Origin: Gnetum montanum
Taxonomy: Eukaryota; Plantae; Gnetophyta
Assembly: GCA_015680685.1 (NCBI GenBank)
Contig: MNCI01001941.1
Span: forward strand, 63,308 to 127,307
DNA length: 64,000 nt
Reading direction: 5' to 3'
Below are positions 26,074 to 34,615 of this stretch, piece by piece; position 1 is the first letter of the stretch; each line of letters starts with the position of its first letter. A model generated the notes under the pieces. That model was given only the letters and a program-made list of their open reading frames with translations. It had not been told where the DNA came from and ran no database searches. Both the position numbers and the translations under genes were made by a program.

Positions 26074-29000
26074 GGGGTTTACCCCCTGGTAAACTTGTCA
26101 TTTTCATTGTTAGAGCCCACACCCAGAGCGTAGCACAATCAAACTAAGAGAGAGCATAACAGACATAGCATAGTGGTTGATAGAGCCAATTTGCGAACAA
26201 TGTAATGGCACGCAAAAGCGAATGCAGGCATCAAGGACTTGCCAAGGTGGATGAAGTGAGGGACAATCTGGGATGCCTCTCTAAGGCATATGTTGAGGAG
26301 CACCAGGATGCCCCATCTTCTCGGTAAGTTGTTACACTACCCTTGTTTTCAGCATGTGATGTATCAGGTTAGATTGCTATTATCGTTAATGTTTTGGCCA
26401 TCACGGCTGTCATTGCTGCAATTGTTATCATTATTTTTGTTGTTGTTTTGGCTGCTGCACCATGGCTATTGCAACTTTGGCCGTAGCAACCATACGGTTG
26501 CTATGCTATGACTGTGCATGGCATTGCCCTAGCCACCATTGTTAAGAATGGTCACTGCGCTATCGTAGGGGTTTGAGCAATTTTGGGTGGTGTAGCATAC
26601 GCTTAGCGTAGCATACTACCCTTAGAAGGGATTGTTTGTTTGCAAATTTTTGGGGTAGTGTAGCACATACCCAGTGTAGCGTAGCATGAGAAAAAGGGAA
26701 GTTTATTGTATTTTTGTTTTGCCTGGTTCTATTTCATGGGGTAGGGCCTGGACAACGAGAACGCTGTGAGTTCTTTATCGTAGGCCATGTTGTTTTGGTC
26801 ATTGGCGCTGTCAAATTGTTACATTTTGTTCCTATTATCCTACACAGCTATGTTGGCAGGCCCGTTAGGTCATTCAGCTGGTAATCTATCATGCTGCTAC
26901 ACTGTCAAACTTGTAACATTGCTACGCTGTTAAATTCACTATACTGCTATGCCGCTAAATTTGTTATGATGCAACGCTTGTTACAGTGTTCTGCTTGTTA
27001 CATTGTCACATGTTGTGCTTGTTATATTGTCACACTTGTCACATTGTTGCATCTATTGTACTTGCTCCTTTGCCACACTGCACGGAGTGTAGTCGTCCTG
27101 CTACACTGTGCGTAACATAGCCATCACTCTTGTGCAAAATGTAACTGTTACGCTATGCTATTCAGGGCATGTCTACTATGCTATGCTATACAGCATGTAA
27201 TTGTTACACTATAGGGTACACCTGCTACACTACATTATGATGCTATGCTATTCTACATATGACGCTTTGCTATGCTACATGCAATGTTTAACTCTATTTT
27301 ATCATAGAAGTATTGTTTCACACCTAAGGAAAATTTGTAAAGGGAGGGTCATGCTATGCTACATTAGTAATCATTGCTTGAACACAGTGCTAACATTTGG
27401 TGCTTTGTCATGCAGGGTCATGTTGAAACCCATTCTGATCGTCCTCGAGCTGGTAGGAGTCTTGTGCTGCCTTAGTGAACCCATGGCCAACATCCCCCTC
27501 TCCATGCATGGGTAGGATAACAAGCGATTTGGTTTTAGGAGGATGTACAAGACATCCTAGAGTTCCTCCTTCGCCATTTTAGTGTGATCATGTGGTCACA
27601 CTTATCAGCCGAAACAACCGTTGTACTTACAAAAACGTTGTTGCTTGGAGCCAACCAGGGCATTCTAAAGTTTATGGCTGATGGATCAATTGAGGGTGGT
27701 GAAGGGGTAGAAGGCTCAAACTAGCACCCAAGGGGCTTGAGGTGATTAAGCTAGATCTGGAACATGCCTGAATACAAATGCTACCATCTATACAACATGT
27801 TGTACATTGCCCATCACATGGGCACCTGCTTTTAGAATGCACCTGGAATTGTTTACTATGCTGGCGGGTGAGTCCTATGAAATTGTTCTAAACATGTTGT
27901 ATGATTTTCCTTACACTAGTCAAAAATTATTACCGTATTTTTTCATGTTGTCAGGTTTTATATTGACGAGAATGGTCTTCACAGTAACACAGATACCTTG
28001 GCGTTGGCCCAAACAGATCTGCAAGAAATCTCCTCTACCAGAAATGTGTGTGCCAGTGTTATAGAACAACCTGGGCTTGATTTCAAAGCCTATCCCACTA
28101 TGTACTCCAAGTTCTATGGGAAATGTAAGGAATTTGGCTAGTTGAATGGCAAATGGACATTGCACCGACCGCTTACTGTCGAAGATGTTCTAGTGGAACT
28201 TCCACCATTTCTTACACCATTTAAACCTGGTATGTTAAACCATGCATTTGTTCTTATGTGTTCAAATGATGATGAGCTTTTGCCTTTGCTGATTTTTGTT
28301 GCTAACTATTGTAGTACCGAGCAAATCCTAAGAGGTCACAGTGATTACCTCTGAGCATGATGAGATCAACCTCTTCTTCAAGTATGAGGAGGTGGAGGAG
28401 ACTCAGCGTTGGCTTTGCAATGGGGCCGCAGCCATCCTTGTTCATAACATTTAGGAGGCTAGGCTCATGGATTTATTTCTGGCTATAAATCTAAGTGTCT
28501 TGGCTACAGAAATGCTTTCCCTAGTCGATTCTGTTGGTACATTTAGCCATTGTATGGAACAGAGACATGAGATGGTTGAGATTTTCAGAAAATATTACAA
28601 TACAAATATTGAAATGGCAAGATGTGATTGGAAAAGGTATTGGTTTCTATCATTTATTTTTTAAAAAAGAAAGAAGAAGAATAGAAAGAGATGGAAATCA
28701 CTATGGGGATTTTAATGAATTCTCCCATAAAAAGATAAGCATAAACCTTAGCACTGTTCCAAAGGGGAGACGTTGATTTCTTTTGGGACACATCACACAG
28801 ATTAAGCAGAAAATCGAAATTTTTCACCATGGTATGAGTGCAAGGTACCAAGGCATCGCGCCTCTGGGGAGACCGCAATATTCACTGGCATTTTGCAGGT
28901 CACGATTGAGGGCAATGGTGCAGCAGTGCAGACCGTGACTGGAGGCAACGACGGAGAGGGCGGCAAAGACATCAGTGCGACGTTATTCACGCAAAGAAAA

Positions 29001-29156
29001 AAGCAAAACGCAGCTGCGGCAGTCACCAAAAAAAGGCAGAGGAAAAAGAAAGGGACAGACTTCAGCATTTCATTTTTTTTGGGGCAGCAAAACATAAGCA
29101 ATGTTGACCATCTCTGTGATAGGTGAACAGGGCCACAAAAACCCCCTTGTGCGTCG

Positions 29157-29866
29157 NNNNNNNNNNNNNNNNNNNNNNNNNNNNNNNNNNNNNNNNNNNN
29201 NNNNNNNNNNNNNNNNNNNNNNNNNNNNNNNNNNNNNNNNNNNNNNNNNNNNNNNNNNNNNNNNNNNNNNNNNNNNNNNNNNNNNNNNNNNNNNNNNNNN
29301 NNNNNNNNNNNNNNNNNNNNNNNNNNNNNNNNNNNNNNNNNNNNNNNNNNNNNNNNNNNNNNNNNNNNNNNNNNNNNNNNNNNNNNNNNNNNNNNNNNNG
29401 TATCAGGGAACATTGCTGCATCGAAGGCATTAACATCAGACATGGTTATTATATTTTTGGTTGCAGGTTCCAGGGCGGATAAACNNNNNNNNNNNNNNNN
29501 NNNNNNNNNNNNNNNNNNNNNNNNNNNNNNNNNNNNNNNNNNNNNNNNNNNNNNNNNNNNNNNNNNNNNNNNNNNNNNNNNNNNNNNNNNNNNNNNNNNN
29601 NNNNNNNNNNNNNNNNNNNNNNNNNNNNNNNNNNNNNNNNNNNNNNNNNNNNNNNNNNNNNNNNNNNNNNNNNNNNNNNNNNNNNNNNNNNNNNNNNNNN
29701 NNNNNNNNNNNNNNNNNNNNNNNNNNNNNNNNNNNNNNNNNNNNNNNNNNNNNNNNNNNNNNNNNNNNNNNNNNNNNNNNNNNNNNNNNNNNNNNNNNNN
29801 NNNNNNNNNNNNNNNNNNNNNNNNNNNNNNNNNNNNNNNNNNNNNNNNNNNNNNNNNNNNNNNNNN
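29157..29866. other. Assembly gaps (two runs of N)
   Basis: N runs at ~29157-29399 and ~29485-29866. Confidence 0.99.
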
Positions 29867-30016
29867 CAAAATTAAAAAGACATATATGTGTATAAAGTAA
29901 GTTGCCACTATAGCTTGTATTCCTATGTATTTTAGAAATTATATTTTAATTTTCTGCCAAGGCCACTTGTCAACTTCTTTTTCTCTTTGGTGGTTGCAAC
30001 CATCTAAAATTGTTGT

Positions 30017-30095
30017 AACTTACCTAACTTGTTGGGCAAGTAACCTCCTAACTTGTTGGGCAAGTAATCTCCTAATTGGTTGGCCAAGTTACTTG
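30017..30095. repeat. Short 22-bp tandem repeat inside the solo LTR
   Basis: cctaacttgttgggcaagtaa(c/t)ct x2 plus a degenerate third copy. Confidence 0.85.
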
Positions 30096-33000
30096 GGAGA
30101 GAAGTTAGGTGAGATATTTTTGAATATGTAACTTCCCTACCTACCTTGGAACCCTATAAAAAGGCTTCAAGGGTCAAGGAAGAATATCATCATCACACTT
30201 GGGGTCTCATACATCACACTTTGAAGGCTACTAGTTAGCACTTGGGCTCTCACTTGGAGACACTTTGAGTCTTGGGAGAAGAGCATTTTGTAAAGAAGAA
30301 AGTGTGGACGATTGCTTGCAAGATGGCTTGCTAGAATAAAGATTTCAGCCTCTTTGTCATGGTCCTGTGAGTTATGCATTTCATTTTTTGTTTTGTTTAA
30401 ATTGTTTAGCTAGTGGTTTAGATAGTATCATCCTTGGCAAGTAATTTTGGGATTTTTAGATTGCTCTTACTGTTCTTGTTGCCCGATAGAAATTTCTATT
30501 AAAATTTTGCCATAGAAGCGCTTGTGTTTAAAAGCCTTAAGAGCATTTTAGTAGTAAATTTCGTTATTGTGCAACGTGTGGGAACTGCTATTGGGATTGT
30601 TGTAAGAGAGCCTCTGTTTGTAGTCACGCCGTTGAACAATTCAGTAGTCGAGAGGGTTCAGAAAATCTTTGGTATTTTGATGGGACCAGAATAGCTTCTT
30701 TTTATCTTTAAAGTGAATTCCCGTGGTATTTCAATCAGAAATTGTCAAGTCTTTTAAAGGTTCTGTTTGAATGCAATCGTTGACATCTATTATCTAGTCA
30801 AAATGGAGTCTCGTACGTGGTAGTTTACGCAGCAATTTTTGGTAGCATAGTAGGATTGTCTTGAAGAAATTGCTTGTTTGAGCCTTGGAAGTTTGAACAA
30901 TTCATAGATATTGAATTTGGGATAGCTTTATTGTGAAGTGTTTACTCGTGTCATTTTACCTTGTTTAAATATTTGAGGTCTACACAAATCTGCTTTCTTT
31001 TCTTTTCTGCTTATTTCCATTGAATCTTGCTCTATTTCTAGTTTTCTTGTGGAACTATCTCTTTCTCTGGGGAAAATTAGGAGTAGATTGCAGAGTTGTG
31101 CTCAAATGTTTTTGCAAAATTTTATTTGTTACAAGTAGGTATTATAAGGACCGTGTAGACTAGGCAGTTGAACAAAATAGGAAATTTTTCAAGAACTCAC
31201 AGTACTTGGCAAAGTTAGCTGAATCTCCTTAAAGTAAGTCATTTGTAGTTCACACAACGCAATTGTTACATTTTATACAACCACACGCTGCAACAGCACA
31301 CACACATACTCACATTAACTACTAAGTTTATTTGGAGGTATCTGGGCCTTGGTGTTGCCAAAGACCAGTAGGCACCTAAATCTTGTTTGAGGACACTCGT
31401 TAGCGGTCGCATCCCAAATGGTCGCCAACAGATTCCTTCTCCGAAAAGGCTGACTGCTTTCACACATGTGTTCACAATGTGCGAGTGGTGTTCAAAATTA
31501 ATGACCAACTATTTGTGAATATTTTTGGTGTCCCTTATGATGGTCTCCCTGTATGAGAAAAATCTAGCAAAGATGCAAACCATCAAGGGGATATTGAGGA
31601 ATGGCTAGGGACAAGCAAGGATTGAAAGGGGATTTACATCCACAAGGTCAAGTTAGCGGTGACCTAAATGATTTACCCTATCTTCCATGCCCATGCCTTC
31701 CCTAAGCTACTCTCCCAGGGGAAAATCCTTGGAGTAGAGTAGGCCTAGATAATGAGGGAGGTCATGGAGGAAGGGACCCATTATAACTGGGCTAGGTACC
31801 TTTCAGAAGGCTTGCGTTCTAAAATGGTCAAACTTTGTGAGAAGCTTGACTCCCATTTCAACATGCATTACGCCTTCTTCGTAGCTTGCCTATGAAAGTT
31901 CATGGAATTCCTAGTGGCCCATGAAAATGGTGCCTAGGTACAGCAAGATCGTAACCAAATATCTAGGCCATGGATTTGCTAGGTTTTCCACACCACCTGA
32001 TCCCAAGATCCCCCGGAAGCTATCGGGGAGTCACTTTCAATAACGACGAGGGATCGGGTGGCACAACCCTTTCATGCCTGGGATAGTGTGGGAGAGCCAC
32101 CTCCTATTAACATAGGTAATGTGTTAAGGGGGACACACCTGATTGCAAAAACTATGAAAACTAGGCTGCAACATAAAAAAGTCTCACCCTACGAAAGGAC
32201 CTCCCCTTACGAATGAAGAGAGGGGGAAAAAGCTACGAATCAAAGTTCGTAGAGTGCAAACCCCAGTTGGTAAGTGTGTTTAATTGGTTTGTTAGCACAC
32301 TATGTAGTGTAGCACAGAGTAGTGCCCATTTTATGTTGAAGTGTCCTACTTATTTTGATCCTGTGTTATTAGAAGAAGAAGAAGAGGAAGAGGATTTGGC
32401 TCCTAGAGTAGGGGCACCTACTGAAGAAGAAGAAGAAGCCTCAGCTACAAAAGAAGAGGTCCTTGCCATAGAGAAAGAGGCCCCTATCGATGATATTTTT
32501 ATAGAATGTGGTTTAGTACCTGAGGGGCACATGAGTGTTGAGGATGCCACCACACTTTTGAGTCAGCTAGAAGGAGAGGGGTTGCAATTTAATGCTAGTG
32601 AATTTGACCACTTTCTTGATAGTGTGTCAATGAGTGATCCCCCCACTATCACCCCTGAGGGTTTTTTGGGTAGGAGCTTTGCATTGTCATTTGTCATTTT
32701 TCATTAGCTTTGTTATTGTCCTCTCCATCATTACTAACATATTTTATTGTGTAGCAGACACCATTATTGATGCTTCTAACCCTTCTTCCTTGATCTTTCT
32801 CCAGCCATGGATCAAAATCCCTGATAAATTCACTTTTATGGAGGGGGTGGTCGATGACATGATCAATCACCTAAGGCAAATCGATCCTAAGATAGGTATG
32901 TTGCAGTTGCTATGTTAGGCACTCTACATTGTTGCATTTTTGCTACATCCCTGTGACTAACACTCTCTCATGTATGATTGGTAGCCTCTCGCCTCAAGTG

Positions 33001-34119
33001 GGATCCTAGGAAAGCTATTAAGGTTGACGTTGTGCCTAAACTTCTGCCAAAGGTAGCTAAGGTACCTTGTCACATATACGATGAAACAAGTAAATGTGCA
33101 TTATACTCAGCACGCTCCTTGTGGGAGTGTAGATGTGTGAATGAGGACCTCTGGTAGAGGGTACAGAAACTTGAGAAAGAGAAGGTCAACCTAACCACTA
33201 AGTTGGGAGACCTTTAGTCCAGGAATGAATTTCTATTGGCCCGTGACACTCATGATGGAAATTGGCATACGATAGTCATTAACTATGCAAGATATTGGAC
33301 AACCATATGAAGTAAAAATGAGGCCACTCGTGAGATCATTGAACAGCGCATGTAGATGGACCTTCTGGCCAGGAAGAACCAAGATTGGAAAGATTATAGT
33401 GCAAAGGTTTACAAATGGGGACAGGCACAAAAGAACCATAAGCGTATGTATAAAATCAAATGTGCCTCCTATCATAAATAATACTAGGATGCTGCTATTG
33501 AGTTGCATACCCATAAGCTATTCCTTGATGTCATTGGCGCTTCCAAGGCCTATGAGAAGTTCATGCAATAGGTGACGGTCAGTGAATCTCTCGAAAGGGA
33601 AATGACCTTACCTACTGGGAAGACCACCAAAGCCACCTTTTCCCTAGGACTGCCCAAATGGACAACTGTGAAAAAATGGAAAGTTACAGCAAGCATTAAT
33701 CTGGGAGATGGAAATTGGGCCAACCTCACTGAGGAGGAGATCCTGCAACGTCTTGCACCTGGCATGGATCGGATACCCCTTGAAATGGATGCAAGGCCAT
33801 CTCAGGTTAGTCACTCTTTATTGTTCATCATTTATTTTGTGAAAGCCTTGTCATAGTTTTGATTCATTGTTTTATTTTCTACCTTATGCAAAATCCAAAT
33901 GGAGACGTAGGACCCAGTGGAACATGAAATGGTGATGCTGGCGAAGATTCATAGTGTGGCGGTGCGAGATTTTTATTTTTATCTTTGAATTTGAATTTTT
34001 TCTAAACATTATTAACTGACATTGAATGAAGAATACAATGTAAAATAATTTATTTCACTTTGGTTAATGTGTTATATTTATTTTTTTTATCTTTTTGGGC
34101 CCCTTGAAAGCTTCTCATT

Positions 34120-34345
34120 TTAGTTTTAGGCCATTTTAGGTTGTCACTAGTTTTAGGCCATTTTGGGCCATCGCAATAGTTTAAGGTCATTTCGGGTTGT
34201 TGTAATAGTTTTAAGGCCATTTTGGGCTATTGCTTAATGATAAAAAAAATTTAGAAGTTTAGTGGCCATTTTTAGGCCTTAGCAGGCCGCGATGGTAGTT
34301 TAAGGCCATTCCAGTCCGCGGTGCTAGTTTAAGGCCATCCCGGGC
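34120..34345 (-). repeat. Tandem ~30 bp array downstream of the D gag-PR stop, core TAGTTT(T)A(A)GGCCATT
   Basis: About 7 copies; reverse complement of the family-1 core ATGGCCTAAAACT. Confidence 0.9.
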
Positions 34346-34615
34346 CAAAGCGATAGAATCAATGCAAGCAACAGCTATAATGTAAACAATGTACATAATG
34401 TAAATAGTAGACATGATGCGAATGAAAATAGTAAACATGATGAAAAGAATTGAAATAATGTAAACAATTATTGTAATGCCAAAAGAATGAACATAATGCA
34501 AACAGTGAACGCAGTGCTAAAAGTGAACATAATGTGGATAGTAAACGTAATGCTAAAATTAAGGTGGAAGGAGATATGAAGCCAAGCGTCTATGGAGTTA
34601 AACTAGAGGTAATCT

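Larger units (their letters stand above)
28532..31430. mobile_element. Solo LTR (or LTR-bounded remnant) with 5-bp target-site duplication GATTC
   Basis: TGTTGG…CCAACA termini; GATTC at 28527-28531 and 31431-31435; removing it restores the reading frame …LSLVDS|FSEKADCF…; TATA-like cctataaaaagg at ~30153; contains two N gaps. Confidence 0.9.
26205..33990 (+). pseudogene. Antisense 8-exon accessory gene of element D (FCP1/NIF-like pseudo-phosphatase + PMD/Athila-ORF1-like + acidic + coiled-coil), interrupted by a solo LTR
   Basis: Exons 26205-26323, 27416-27867, 27955-28229, 28315-28531+31436-32269, 32373-32669, 32755-32895, 32985-33805 and ~33890-33990. Donors gtaagt, gtgagt, gtatgt, gtaagt, gtagga, gtatgt, gttagt; acceptors for exons 2-7 are YAG, several with CTAAC branch points. 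Phases join in frame (2,2,1,1,1,1). Confidence 0.9.

Noticed and set aside
27416-27867. Active CTD phosphatase
   Set aside because: The positions of the catalytic Asp residues read ELVG and AH in both families.
28802-29908. Long ORFs (368 aa etc.) in the ORF track
   Set aside because: Artefacts of translating through N gaps.
26205-33990. Possibility that this is a host gene into which TEs inserted
   Set aside because: A homolog sits at the same position and orientation inside a second divergent element, flanked by the same arrays, and it is decayed like the surrounding gag/pol.
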